Origin: Somniosus microcephalus
Taxonomy: Eukaryota
NCBI GenBank assembly: GCA_052327205.1
Contig: CM126230.1
Coordinates: forward strand, 42,346,001 to 42,410,000
Length of the DNA stretch: 64,000 nt
Direction of reading: 5' to 3'
The notes under the pieces are model-generated. The model searched no databases, was not told where the DNA came from, and was given only the letters and a program-made list of their open reading frames with translations. Within the stretch, counting starts at the first letter, position 1, and each line of letters begins with the position of its first letter. The translations under genes were made by a program, and so were the position numbers. Positions 1-13,114 of the stretch are shown one piece after another.

Positions 1-49
1 TTTTAGTCTGTGATGTAGCTGATTTGTATCGCAAATGTTAAGCTGACTA

Positions 50-470
50 ATCAATGTAAGCTTGAGGAACAGCACCTCCTCTTTCGATAAGGCATTTTAC
101 AGCCTTCTGGACTCAACATTGAATTCAACAATTTCAGATTATAACCCCCTCATTTTTTTCAGGTGGCAGCTGTTGATGATTTTGCCATCCCCATTTGCAA
201 CATTTAACCACTGCTGCCTTGCAATCTAGCACAGACTGTCCCTTCAGTTCTTTCCTCCCCTCTTTCTCCACCGCCCCCCCCCCCCCCCACCCTTTCCCTG
301 CATCTGCTTAAAATCTGTTACATCTCCAACTTTTTCCAATTCTGAAGAAGGGTCTCCAAGCTGAAACGTTAACTCAGTTTCTCTCTCCATGGATGCTGTC
401 TGACCTGAGTGTTTCCAGCATTTTCTGTTATTTCAGATTTCCAGCATCTGCAGTATTTTGTTATTGTAAT
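50..470 (+). mobile_element. Penelope-like element 3' remnant (endonuclease C-terminus plus pLTR with hammerhead-like motif)
   Basis: Translates to CKLEEQHLLFR*GILQPSGLNIEFNNFR, matching the ORF end at 48532-48640. It is followed by a C-tract and ctgaaga...gaaacgttaact (338-374). Confidence 0.8.
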
Positions 471-1094
471 CAGAAATGGCATTTGTTTAGCACTACTAAA
501 TATGATGACAAAAAGTTAAGGGATTTTTATATTCCTGATTTTCTGCAGACCCTAGTCATGAAGGTGCAGCGGAGGGAATTGAGAACATGGCTGACGCTGT
601 CACACATGCTCGTTTCGTTGGCACAGACCCAGCAAGTGACGAAGTTGTCCTAATGAAAATTTTGCAGGTAATGCAGTCTGTTGGTTAACAGTAAGCAAAA
701 CAGCTGAACCAATTAGTCAGTGGTATTAAAATGAAATCTGGTTACTTGGCTAGTAATTAGAGTAATGATGTATTCAGTTTCATTCAAATCCATGTGGGAA
801 TACCATGTTTTGGCTTCAGGATTTCTCCTTTGTCTTTGTTGTGAGCAAGGGGATTACATAGTACTCTACATTGTTCTGATTAATTGCTTCTCTTGTCCTC
901 AGTTGATTCTGTAAGCCTTTTTTTGGCAATTTTTCCCCCCCTGCTCACCTGAAGCTGGTGACTTATACTGGGGTTCGGTTACATGGGCACAATCGGGATC
1001 AAGCCTCAGTCGCCATTTGTTTGCCATCTTAGATACTGAGCGCTGGCAGACTGTTTAACCAAGACTCCACATGTCCTCAGTTGATGTCCACACG

Positions 1095-1320
1095 TACTTT
1101 CCAGCAGGGGTCACTCGAGACCGACGGGAATGGGGGATCCCGCCTGTTTTTTGTTCCCTCCCTTTACTCCCAACCGAGGCTATTTCTAGTGCCCTGGCAA
1201 ATGCCTTGGTTGAGGCTAGCAAACTTTGCATAAAACAGAGAGTGGGGATTGAAGTTGGGTTCTTTTTGATCTATATGGCTTTGCACTCCATTGCACAGTG
1301 CAGAAACCCATTGAGCCATC
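1095..1320 (-). mobile_element. Degenerate tRNA-derived SINE-like repeat
   Basis: The minus strand begins tggctcaatggg (A-box-like). It loosely resembles 36410-36580 (+) and 51650-51780 (-). Confidence 0.4.
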
Positions 1321-2352
1321 TTCAGGGGGAGTCCTTTAAAACTTATTGAAGTAGAAATCTGTTGAAGGACAAAAGTGATTTTTTTTTTCCCCCCATAAAT
1401 GAAAAGCAAAACCTTTACTGTTACGGGAGATGAGATATAGAACATGGGGGTGGGGAAAGAATACTTATGAAATGCAGTACTTCTCTCTCTTTTTCCCCCC
1501 GCCCCCCCCACACACACATGAAATATGGGTATGCTTTCCAAGTCTGTAATCTTGCTTGAAGTATTTGAGTTTAAAGTCACTTCTGCATGGAAACATGGAG
1601 CTACTGAGCTTTGGGTTCTGTCAGCAAGCAATACTGGCTGGATTCTTCCTGAAAAACATCCAGGACCGAAAGGCTACTGAACAGTCTTGTGCCCTGTGAA
1701 GCTGGTGAATCCTATGGCTGATGTTTGGAAGCCAAAAACAAAAAGTCCTCAAGTAGCAGAAATGACCTTAAATATTGAATACTGTGTGTAAAGTGCAAGG
1801 CTTTTAAAACCTTTTCTGAATTTACCAACAAAGGGGATTACTTAAAACAAAAAACGTCTGCCACACTTAAACCTACTTATTGAAATTCGAGATTCCATTA
1901 ATAATAAAGCTTCTATTTCAAATTGTGGGCTCTACTTTTACAGATCTATAGCACTGCACCCATTCACTATAACAATCCAAATTGCCTTAGTATAAAGTCT
2001 TACTGCAATGCATCAGTATTTCTCCTTTCATGCCTCTTAGTATTTTACAGAATGTTCTTTTATTTCAAAAACTTATTGAAGTCACACGTACAAGAGTAAT
2101 CTGTTCCTCTCCAGTCACATTACAAAATGTTGTTTTTTTGATTGTGTGATATCTGATTTGATGTTGGTTCCAGCAACTGGATCACCGACTTGTAGACACT
2201 AACTTCAGTAGAGCACAAAATGCCTGGACTATGACTGTTGTGATGGAATATCAGTGCAGTTAAGCTTATATCTTCCCAAGAAAGTTTCAAAGAACTTTGC
2301 TGATTCATGTTACACAATTTATTTTTTGCCACATTTGGAGGAATTTTGAATA

Positions 2353-2643
2353 TACAGGAAACTCTCTTTACCGGCACCTAAATAACCGGAAAAATCTCTC
2401 AACCGGCAAAATTCAGGAGTAGGTTCAGGTAAGTTTTACTTTATATTAGTGGCCATGTAACCGGGGTTCCTGGATCTGTGGCTGTGTAACCGGGGTTCCT
2501 GCACCTGTTGCCATGCAACAGGGACGCCTGGATCTGTGGCCGTGTACGGGGCTCTCGTACCTTAGTAAGTATACCTCTCTGTAATCCGGACTTTTTGATC
2601 ATCCAGCACCACGCCGGTCCCGGATAAAAAAGTGTTTCCTGTA
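2353..2643. mobile_element. TA-flanked MITE (Tc1/mariner-pogo type) with an internal ~29-bp tandem repeat
   Basis: TA-CAGGAAACTCTCTTTACCGG ... CCGGATAAAAAAGTGTTTCCTG-TA terminal inverted repeats; gtggccatgtaaccggggttcctggatct-like units at about 2449-2550. Confidence 0.8.
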
Positions 2644-4039
2644 TATTAAAACACTTAACTTGTGCGTGCTTTCAATTTCTCAACTTTCCCTCTGCTGTTG
2701 AAAATGGAGAAAGGAGAAGGACAGATTTTTTTTTTTTCCTGATAGCATTTGAGTCTATCCATAATGACCAGTATATCACTCCGTAACAACAATCCTCGAA
2801 TTTTAACCCAATTTAAATCGCTGCTTCTGATTAAGGCTTTGACTTCATTTAAAAATAGATAAACTGGGATTGGGTTATGTGTTGTCTTATCCATCAGATT
2901 ACCAAAGGGATCACCATTTTTCATTTTGTTGAATTTCATGCTCTGAGTTGAGGATATAGTTTAGGAAACGGGTGATTTTCTGTATGTTAGTCAGCATCTA
3001 CTATATACATTTACCCCAACCTGGGAAGAGCTGTCTCTGCTGTAACAAGCATGATGATCAGCAGACTTCATTTTAGTCCCAATTAGTGCTGAATTAAAGG
3101 AAGCCTTGTGTCTACTGGGAATTGACTTACACTCTCCAAATACATTATTTAACTTTGGCTGCGAGATAAAGAACTTCGATCCTTATTGGTTGGTGCTGAA
3201 TTCAACTGTTGTGATCCCTTATTGTGAATAATCCCAATGGTCAGCAAGGTTGGGAAAATGATAAATTTGAGTTCTTGTGTGCTGTCCATGGGCTGTTGAA
3301 GGCAAGCTTAAATTGGGAACAGTTGCCTGTGCATTCTCTTAGTTGGGGAATAATGTGCGCTGATCTAAAGAGGCAAAAGGAAATAACTTAGAAAATTCAA
3401 TAAGGAAACTAATCCCATCCAAAAAGGCTCTTTTTTTTCCTGCACTCTGTACTTTTCTAGTTAACAGTGCGTATGTCAAAACCTATAATAATTGGAAAGC
3501 ATTTTAGTTTCTACTTCAGGACAGGAGTATTGTACTTGTATTATCAAAAAGGTTGTAATATTGGTGTATTCACTTGCATTTCGGAACATGTTTGTACATA
3601 TGCTTTGTCCTTGTCTTGCATGTGTACTAAGAATGGATTTATTAATATGCTTTCTGGCATTTCCTCTCAACTGTCTTGGAACTTGCAGTAACTGCTCCAT
3701 CAGACCAGCTGCAATCTGGGGAATCATTGTTCAAATTGTATACAGCCAGGAACCACATCGGTGGCCCTTGAATTGAAAACACATAATTACAGATTGAGTA
3801 TATTGCCCGTCAGTTTTTAAAGTTTTGTTAATGAGCTTTGAAGAGTATTAACTCCACAAACTTATTAAATCAGACTGATGCAAGTAGTATTTGAAATACT
3901 ATCTGCCTAATAGACAGCACAACATTCTTCATAAGTTAAACTTACTTTTGGCTTGTTCTAATGATGGGTTTATGTTGATGAAAGAGTTGTGTAGACAGAA
4001 ACATGAATGTTTTATGTAATGTTTGATTCTGTCTTTTAG

Positions 4040-4148
4040 GTCTTAAGAACATTACTACTCACTCCTGTTGGTGCTCACCTAACTAATGAATCAGTCTGTG
4101 AAATAATGCAGTCATGTTTTCGAATATGCTTTGAAATGAGGCTGAGTG
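4040..4148 (+). CDS. GBF1: GBF1 exon, DCB domain ([36 protein letters not shown])
   Basis: ttttag|GTC...AGTG|gtaagt; 109 nt, phase 0 to 1. Confidence 0.95.
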
Positions 4149-5216
4149 GTAAGTTTGTCTTGACTTAATGGGGGAATGGGACTGACTGGATTGCTCTACA
4201 AAGAGCCGGCATGGATTCGATGGGCCGAATGGCCCCCTCCTGTGCCTCTATGACTCTATGATAATGCCTATTTTACCATGATCTATTTGGCTTTTGGTAT
4301 TCTGAGCACCTGCTGGATAAGGGAACTAAATAAGTGGCAACTTCACAGCATCCCACATGCAGACTCATGTCCCACATAGGCTAAGCGTTGAAAATGATAG
4401 CATGTAGTGGAGGTCTATGTGGGTTACATTCTCCAGATTAGCAGTTATGTGCAAGGTGTTCTACTGCTAATGGTGCTTTGCAGCAGTTAAATGTGAAAGG
4501 CCGACAACTTGGGAGTATCTCAGCGCAAAGAAATCATGATGGTCTTTGCATGAGTGTTATTCACCACTGCTGGTAGGATATTCTTTTCACTCTGGCCGTA
4601 CAGCTTAGATTAATTTTGTATGTCATTATCTACTGTGCTACTTGCAATTGGTTTGAGTCCTCTTACAAAGGAGTGCAACTCTAACCAGGAAAAAATGATT
4701 AAGAAACATTACCTATTTCTTGAAATAACTCAGTAAAGTGGTCATATAATATATTTTGTGGCCTTTAAAAATACTTTCATTTCCAGTTGGAAAAACTGCT
4801 AAAATTTGCTATATATATATTCTATCTATATCTGAGTATTTTCAATATATTTTGCAAAATCACAGGGCATTTCTGTATTTGTTGAATAAAATCGGTTTTA
4901 ATTATGGTTTGGACCTAAAGCATATTTTAAGTGTTATTTTCTTGTGCATTACACATCGAGTTTCAAGGTAAGTGCTTGATTATAACTGCAGGAAAACACC
5001 ACGATCGTTGATCCTTTTGTGTGAAAGACTTGAATACACAGTGGGCTGGTGTTCATATTGGCCGTTAGAAGCTAACCATAAACAAAACAGACTGCCATCG
5101 AAAATTGAATGAGTATTTATTTCAGTAGCTGGTGTTTCAAGTCCATAACCATGGCTTCAGATCACTTAGTGTCTTCTGATTCTTAATTAGCGAACTACTT
5201 TGTAATTGCAACCAGT

Positions 5217-5550
5217 TACAGGAAACTTTGTGCTATCCGGCACCGACTGGACCGAGCCGTTGCCGTCCCATCAAAACTGCCGGACGAACCAGGGCTAATG
5301 TTGAAACATACGGAGATTTTGAGCTCCGTATCTGGCAACAAACCCTGCTGCTTAGCAACAGCTTCTAAACAGTCGGCCGTACCTTGCAAGCGTCTCTGTA
5401 GCTTAGCGACAGCTTCAGCGAGACCTTGCAGAGCTTGACTGTTGAGAAAAAAGCAACGAAAAGAAAACCCTAACGAAACGGCTCCTGATCTTTGCCGGTG
5501 GCTCGAGCTTGCCGGACAGTTAGCCTCCGGATAACACACAGTTTCCTGTA
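5217..5550. mobile_element. TA-flanked MITE, copy 1 of 3
   Basis: TA-CAGGAAACTTTGTGCTATCCGG ... CCGGATAACACACAGTTTCCTG-TA; body highly similar to 55517-55840 and 61677-62008. Confidence 0.88.
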
Positions 5551-6730
5551 GTTCTTTTTCCTTAACTAGAAAACATACTGATTCTACAACAGATGAGGAA
5601 ATAATTTTTTTTTTTTCTCTTCTCAAACTGTGGCCACAAGGGCAAGCGACCTGTTTCTGGGTCTCCGCCTTTGCTGTTTGGACTGAGCTCATGCAGGTGT
5701 GTGAGGGCAGCCTGGGCACGACTCTCCCTCTGTTCATTCTTGTCCCCTGCCCACCCACTCTCTTTCTCTTCCCCCCCCCCCCCCCCCCCCCCCCCCCATC
5801 CCTCGCGGTGCAGAAACACCTGGCCTTTCGTGACCACTTTTTACGGCACAGCATCTAGGACCAGGAGTTCAACTGTATCGGGGCTGCAGAGAAGCAATGT
5901 TAAGTTCTGAGAGGTGCTGTAAAATCAGTGTCACTTGGTGAAAAATAATTTTATTGCAGCAGGATTTAGTATATCTGCACAGTCTGATCCCACCATAGGC
6001 TCATAATAGGCATAGTGTAAGTGACTATAAATAGTCTATAGTGGAACAAGATGAGGAGGGAAGACGCCACTGGCCAATTGCTAAGCCTAAGTGGAACAAA
6101 TTTCTGTTATATCCTGTTAGGAATATTTATTTCATGATATTTAGTTAACCTATGATGTATTTATCACCAAGAACTGTTTTGCACAGAAGGTGCATTGCTA
6201 GTTGTGTGGTGTGAAAAGTCTGGTTGCATTCCGTGCAGGTCATCAAAGGACCTTTGCAGCACCATGTTGATCGAAGTTTTCCATTCTAGCTGAAGGATGC
6301 CTTCATGATTTAACCCTTCGGGTACTGACCGAGCATTTCATCACTTAAAAAAATCCTTTGAGTAAGGTCCTAGAGAAGTGTTAAATGACTCTCTATTTCT
6401 CCCAGATTCTATTTTATAAATGTCATACTGTTGGAGATAAATAGGTAATGTTTGCAGAAATATGTGTATTTTATTTTAAAAGCAGTAAAAGGGCATTTAG
6501 TGCTCTGAAGGGATAAACAGACAGCTGCTCACACAATGGCTGACAGTGCTCTAGTGCCATCTTCCTTCTGTTTGTGTCAGACAAATGCATCGAGTTTAAT
6601 TTAAAATGGTTTAATAAGCTCTGCTTAATCCTTGGTAAACAAAACTAGGAGGGAGGTCTACTTGTTGGAGCCTCTTGATAATATCACAATGCATAATGAC
6701 ACCTGTGTTATTTGTTTTCTCTCTCTGCAG

Positions 6731-6791
6731 AGTTATTGAGGAAATCTGCTGAGCACACACTGGTAGACATGGTGCAGCTGCTGTTCTCAAG
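6731..6791 (+). CDS. GBF1: GBF1 exon (ELLRKSAEHTLVDMVQLLFSR)
   Basis: ctgcag|AG...TCAAG|gtagaa; 61 nt, phase 1 to 2. Confidence 0.95.
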
Positions 6792-8635
6792 GTAGAATAC
6801 TGAGATTAACCTGTCACAGTTCTCCCTTGGGGCTAACCAAGGGCAGCTATCTTGTGTGTTGATACCTTAATAAAAAAAGTGGACTTGTTTCATTTAATCC
6901 TGGTATTGCTATTTTATTTTTGAGCAGTGCAAATGTAAGAATTTTTTATTGACCTGAAGAGGTTTTTTTTAATTTTTAATTTGAACCAGCAATAATGTTG
7001 AACAGGTATGTTATTTGAAAGAGTTAGATTGCAACTTTTTCCTGTGTACCCTGCTATGAAAATCCACAGGGTGTGATTTGTTTAAAGTTTTTTAATGTGC
7101 TTTTTATTCCGTTTGGTTCAGAGTTCTGTTTTTTGTTTTATCACCTTTGTGTCCTCCTGCCTCATCATTTTTCACCACCTTCAAATCTCCTCTTTCCATT
7201 CCCTCCGTACCATTTCCCTCGTTGAGCTGACAGGCAGGTGTCTCTTGCTGATATCACTCTTGAGCCAGCCATTAGGGTGTGTATGATGGCGGAGGGACAA
7301 CGTGTCCTCTGACCTTGTTTCATGTATGTGCAGTGTAAGCTGACTGTAATGGACTGGTTGTGCATGGGTGTTCCGTCTGTTTGAAGTGGCTGCCCAATTT
7401 ATTCTTCAAAGCACAGTAAACCAAGCAACTTCACCTTCATTTCCAGGGCCAGCTGTGGCAAGCCAGTTATCTCGTCTGCAGCTAATACCGCAGCTCATTC
7501 TGGCACTCAAATTTAAGTTTCTATGTTAATTGTGATAGAATGTGACGCTGTTATATTGCAACACTAGGATGACCAGCTGGAGTGTGGCTGAGTGGGTTCG
7601 TGACCAAGTGGATTTGGGATCGCCCTTACTGCACTGGCAGGGTCATTTGATATAGCTCCTGCTCATCTGATCCTCCTGGTGCTCTTTATCTGATCCTGAA
7701 TCCCAAACAAATCAGTTGCTTAGAAGGGGATGCTATTTTTCCAATTGAAGTGTCATTTCGTGTCCATCGCAAGTAATACATTTACTATTGAAATGTGTGA
7801 ATTTGGTTTGGGATTCCGATTTTGTCCATTGTAAATGATTATCCACGATGTAACTGCTATACTTTTCCTCCCTCCATGCTGTTTGTCTGTCCCTGTGGGG
7901 AAGTAACTTCCTTCTGTGGCCTGTCTGAAATTGTAAATTTGCAATGCAAGGTAACACGGGCATGAGTCTGTGTTCTGCCATTCGGTGGGATACAGCAATA
8001 ATCCAGTGAAGTGCTCGTGCCACCAGCCTGCTTAATTCCTCGTGTGCATACTTGAAATAAAGTTTTTCTTCCAATGTTGCATGCATACTGTTAATTGTAT
8101 ATATTAATTTCTAAGTGCTTTCTAACATTCCTGTCCAGATTTGCAAATATAATTACTCTTTCTAGAAATTTCACTTTATAAAAAGTCTCTGATCATCATA
8201 GAATATTAGCCGGTGGGTATTATGGAAAAATTATCTGACAGATCCAGAGTAATAACTGTCCATGGATCAGTGATGGTGAGAGTTTACTTTTTAAAAACTT
8301 CCATTTGTTTTTAATATATAATTTTACCTAATATATATATTTTCTATGTCCTGTTTCTTTATTAAAAGCAAACTTGGAATCTCTTTCCTTCTCTTCATTC
8401 TTCCTCCTCGAGTCTCCTGCTGTCCATTTTGAGCACTTTTTAAAAGAAAAATGGTTTGGCTAAGAACCAGCTCCTTGAGTTTGTTCTTTAAAGTAATCTA
8501 AAACTAGGAGTGTAAAAACTGGCAGTTTTATTTCGGACAAGTTGTATGTCTCAAACTGTGAAGGGGTTGCTGGCGATTAGAGTAGGTTTACAGAGATTGA
8601 TATGGGTGGTGAGTAAACTTGTGCAGCATGCTAAA

Positions 8636-9400
8636 AGTTAGAGATATGGTGGATATGGAGAAACTGTTTCCACTTGTGGCTGAGTCCGGAACAAGGGGGT
8701 TTGCATATAAGATAGCCACTAACAGATCAAATAAAGAATTTAGGAGGAATTTCTTTACAGCCGTGTCTCAGTGGATAACATTCTCACTTCTGAGTCAGAA
8801 GGTTGTGGGTTCGAGTCCTACTCCAGAGACTTGAGCCCAAAAATCTAGGCTGACACTCCAGTGCAGTACTGAGGGAGTGCTGCACTGTCGGAGGTGCCGT
8901 CTTTTGTATGAGACGTTAAACCGTCTGCGCTCTCAGGTGGACATAAAAGAGCCGATAACACTATTTTGAAGAAGAGCAGGGGAGTTCTGGCCAATATTTA
9001 TCCCTCAATCAGCATCACTAAAAAAAAACAGATTATCTGGTCATTATCACATTGCTGTTTGTGGGAGCTTGCTGTGCGCAATTGGCTGCTGCGTTTCCTA
9101 CATTACAACAGTGACTACATTTCAAAAGTACTTCATTGGCTGCAAAGCGCATTGGGATGTCCTGAGGTCATGAAAGGTGCTACATAAATGCAAGTCTTTC
9201 TTAACAGAGTGGTGAGAATGTGGAACTTGTTGCCACATGGAGTGATTGCAGTAGATAGGATTGATGCATTTAAGGGGCTGCTTGATGCATGCATACGGGA
9301 GAAGGGAATAGAGGGATATGGGGGCAGGGTGGGAAGAGGTGATTAGAGTGGGAGGAGTGTCCTGTAGAATATAAAATATATGTGGAGCCTATGTAAATTC
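8636..9400 (+). mobile_element. CR1 LINE 3' fragment interrupted by a SINE
   Basis: EKLFPLVAESGTRG...FRRNFFT is followed by the SINE, then resumes with agagtggtgagaatgtggaac (RVVRMWN). Confidence 0.75.
8760..9202 (+). mobile_element. tRNA-derived SINE, SacSINE1/DeuSINE-like
   Basis: A box-like gtctcagtgg, B box ggttcgagtcc, central atgagacgttaaaccg...ctctcaggtggac core and taaatgcaagtctttc tail; multiple copies in the window. The family name comes from recall. Confidence 0.8.
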
Positions 9401-12400
9401 TGTCTTTCTGAAAGTATAACTATCTTGATCTTTGGTAATTGTCAAAAGCTTCAGTGCGTTCCTTTCTGGTTACTGGAAACATGGCATCTCAACAAGTTCG
9501 TTCAAGTCCAATTCACAGACTAATTGTCACTATACTTGTGTTTATTTATGAATTCTTTGCTCTCATTACGGCAGTTTTGTTTCCTCTGCCTCTTCACTGT
9601 TGCACCCACCCCAAATTCTGCTTCTGGTTTTCATTGCTTCTCCAGCCCACATTTGTGATCTCTTCTAACAACCTATTTAATGCGTACTGCCACAGTTTTA
9701 ACTTCACCGCCACTTTCCAAATGTCACCACTGAGTTCTTCAGACATGCAATATAAATGAAAATCTTTTTCAATTTCAATAGCACTTTTACCATCTGTTAA
9801 AATTTGGTGATTTGTTTTGTCAAGTATTGGAGATTTTTGTACTGATGTGTACACGTGTCTTCTCTGCGTTCTGTGGTGAGGTAGCATCAACATTTCTCAT
9901 CCTGTAATATATTGGGAATTATTCAGACGCTTTGTATATGAGAAGCGCAAAAATTAAGTATGGTCCATCAGTTATTGTGTAACGTGCAAAAGGTTAGAAC
10001 CAATCCTTAACTTTTTACTACACACTGTTAAGACCAGAAGCAGAGACACCTTTCTATGGTGTGGGTGTGGTTTTTAATGCTAGTACATCTTGCTGAATAC
10101 TTGATGACTTTTCTCCAACGGTAGAGTTTTGTTCAGTCGGATGTTGGGGGACCTGAAAGAGATGCTTATTTTGTATTCACATGATTGCTCTTGGTAGTTC
10201 TGTTCCATGCGCATTGCTGATGAAGAGAGCTTATGGGAGGAGCAGATGTTGTGGAATTAGGACAATCACAGCACAAGTGGTAAAATACAAGATTAAATTG
10301 TACGGTGGGATTTAGAACATCAGATCTGTTTATTCTAAAGCTGTTTGTGGAGCAGCTTGTTGGACACTGCACTGATGCCCTTTGTTTTTGACCACCCACC
10401 TAATGCCTGATCTGTTAAGTATTGAGTTCTTCTATAATAAAGCAGCACAATTGACACAAATTGCAGTCACTTAATGGCTGTAGAGATTAAGTATTCTTAA
10501 AGAAGTACGTGGGCACTGCAACTAGAATAAAATTAAGAGTCCTATCATGCCTCAACACATTGACCAGTTGTTGCTTATATTTGTCAGTTACAGATTGGCT
10601 TTATAAAGTGCTAAGTATGAACTGTTACAGTTGACTGTAATAAGCAAGTGTGTTAAGACTATACCAAGGCATAATTTTTAAAAAAGTAAGTCCCTGATAG
10701 TTTATGGGATTTAAACAAGTGTCCTTTAAAGAATATAAATGCCGTCAAATAATTTATAAAGAGAATTATATGAAGTTTTTTTTGACTCGTTTTCCACTAT
10801 TTTGAAATTACCATATTTTCTCCTGTGCTGTGAACCCTTTTTCAGCCAATTAGGTAGGCAGACACCAGGCTACCAAATTCCTCCTGATACCCCTCTTGAG
10901 CCAGAAGTGAATGATCGTTGTCCAACCAAATGCATTGTCTAGTTTTCCATCGCTGCTTATGAGGAAGTGTCTGGTCTTGGCTTGATGATCCCTCTCTCAG
11001 ATGTAAGCTCACTTTATGCAGAACGGATGGGTGACCCCTTGCCCTATGACTTTGTGGTGCAGTGTATCGGTGCATTAATGAACTTTACCAGTAGATTAAA
11101 TTACAGCTAATGATTCCTAACCTATTAGTTGTTTCTGAATGTGGCAGAAGTAGTTGCTTAAACTTTATAGAAGCACTTTCTTCCTTTTTTAATTTTAAGT
11201 TTCTTTGTTACCAATCTTGAAACAAGACTCAAAGCAAGCAGAGGCATCTGTATATTGGTTGGACAGTAATGGATGTGTGGGAGTAAAGTACATTGTACTT
11301 TGTGACCAGTGAGTCCTTCATTCAAGCAGAAGTCTTCCATTGACAGTGTGATGTAATTCGATATTCAAAAATGTTATTTCCAGGTCCTGTTTTTAAAAGG
11401 ACATCATGTCTTTGGTTTCGAGAAACATTAGAGAGACAAGTGTGAAATGAGACTTTTTAAACAATGTTCATATCCTAGCTGTTAGTATTTCTTTGGCTTG
11501 TAAACAGTCACAGCAAAGTTAGTAATTTGATTAAAAATAAACCAGCCGTAATGCATTGCTTTCTTTGGTTCCATTGAGCTACCCAACACCTTGTATATGT
11601 AACAAGTGTAAGCTGAATTGGCATTGTGAATTGGTTCCTCTTAATTGTGCGTTAAAGAACCGGTAAGGAATACAAGGAAACAAATCGGGAATCGGCCATT
11701 TAGCCCCTTGAGCTTGTTGTGGTAAGGTTCTGCAGGATTGGAACCATTGTGTCGCTATTTTAAAAAAGGGCAACAAAATCGACCAGGAAAACTTCAGGTT
11801 CATTGGGGACAAGACGAGAGAGGGATAGCAAATTAAACAACCAACATGGATTTAAAAGGTGAGCATCCCGCTTGACAAACCATCTTTATTTTAAGATGTT
11901 GCAGACAAGGGTGCCCCCATGTCGCACATTTTTACATTTTCACTTTTTTTGTCGAAGTTCCACATGAAAGACTTTTTGAGTTAAATTAAAGGCAGTGGAA
12001 TTCAAGCTAACATGAGATTATACAAGAAACTGGTTAGAAAAGAATGGAAATAAAAAGTACTTGAGAGTTCTAAAGTCAGACAGATGGAAAATGTTGCAGT
12101 TTTGGGTTTTTATAGGGGATATTTTCTCAGGTTCAGCATCCCAGACCAGCGGTGTACATAGTGAGTGTGCCTTTATTCAATATTTAGGTAATGGTAGTGA
12201 GCTCGGGCTGCACAGAATCCTTTTAAGAGGGACCAAAACAAAGGAATTTGAGGCCATTTATGTCCAACACAGAGTTGCTGATCAGGAATGTACTATAAAA
12301 AGGTTCACAGGTGCTTCATATTTGAGTTGAATGGCTTAACCTGGCAGTAGGTAAATCTGTCCCAAAACACTTATGATGTCATGTGTGATGTGTTCCCCAC

Positions 12401-12519
12401 CCAAATAGTTAACAGAGGAAATTCTCTCCCCCCCCCCCCCCCCCAAAGCGACCTGCTAGATGTATTAAATCTTAAGAATGGTTCATAATTTTGAGCTGGC
12501 TGGTATTTTTTTTGTGATG

Positions 12520-12890
12520 TAGAATCATAGAAATTTACAGCACGGAAGGAGGCCATTTTGGCCCATCGTGTCCGTGCCGGCCGACAGAGCCCTCCAGCCT
12601 AAACCCACTTTCCAGCTCTTGGTCCGTAGCCCTGTAGGTTAAGGCACTTCAAGTGCCACATCCAAGCACTTTTTAAATGCGATGAGGGTTTCTGCCTCGA
12701 CCATCCTTTCAGGCAGTGAGTTCCAGACCCCAACTACCCTCTGGGTGAAGAAATTTCCCCTCAAATCCCTTCTAAACCTCCTACCAATTACTTTAAATCT
12801 ATGCCCCCTGGTTGTTCACCCCTCTGCTAAGGGAAATAAGTACTTCCTGTCCATTCTATCTAGGGCCCTCATAATTTTATAGACCTCAAA
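12520..12890 (-). mobile_element. CR1 LINE 3' fragment
   Basis: Reverse complement of GNFFTQRVVGVWNSLP with a (ttcta/tg)-type tail. Confidence 0.8.
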
Positions 12891-13114
12891 GGTCTATTGA
12901 AATATGTACACTTTTTTGTTTTGGAAATTTCCATCTGATTGTCTTTTATGTTTGCTCATAAGTTGTCTGCGTCCTTCATGTACTTGGAGATATTGACGAG
13001 CATTGATTATATAGGTTGCATAGTATATTAGCAGGATGTAGTGCATTTTTGGGTGTAATTATAACATATAACTAACACACACTGGACAATTATTATAACA
13101 TATAACTAACACAC

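Noticed and set aside
5771-5797. Long poly-C, poly-G and poly-A homopolymers throughout the window
   Set aside because: They are simple-sequence expansions, often inside repeats, and their lengths are prone to sequencing error.
5216-5854. 212-aa minus-strand ORF
   Set aside because: It runs across a poly-C tract and the non-coding MITE, with no recognisable domain.
8760-8830. tRNA genes (also at about 35013 and 40905-40978)
   Set aside because: The A and B boxes belong to SINE heads that continue into SINE bodies. No complete cloverleaf with a terminator was seen.
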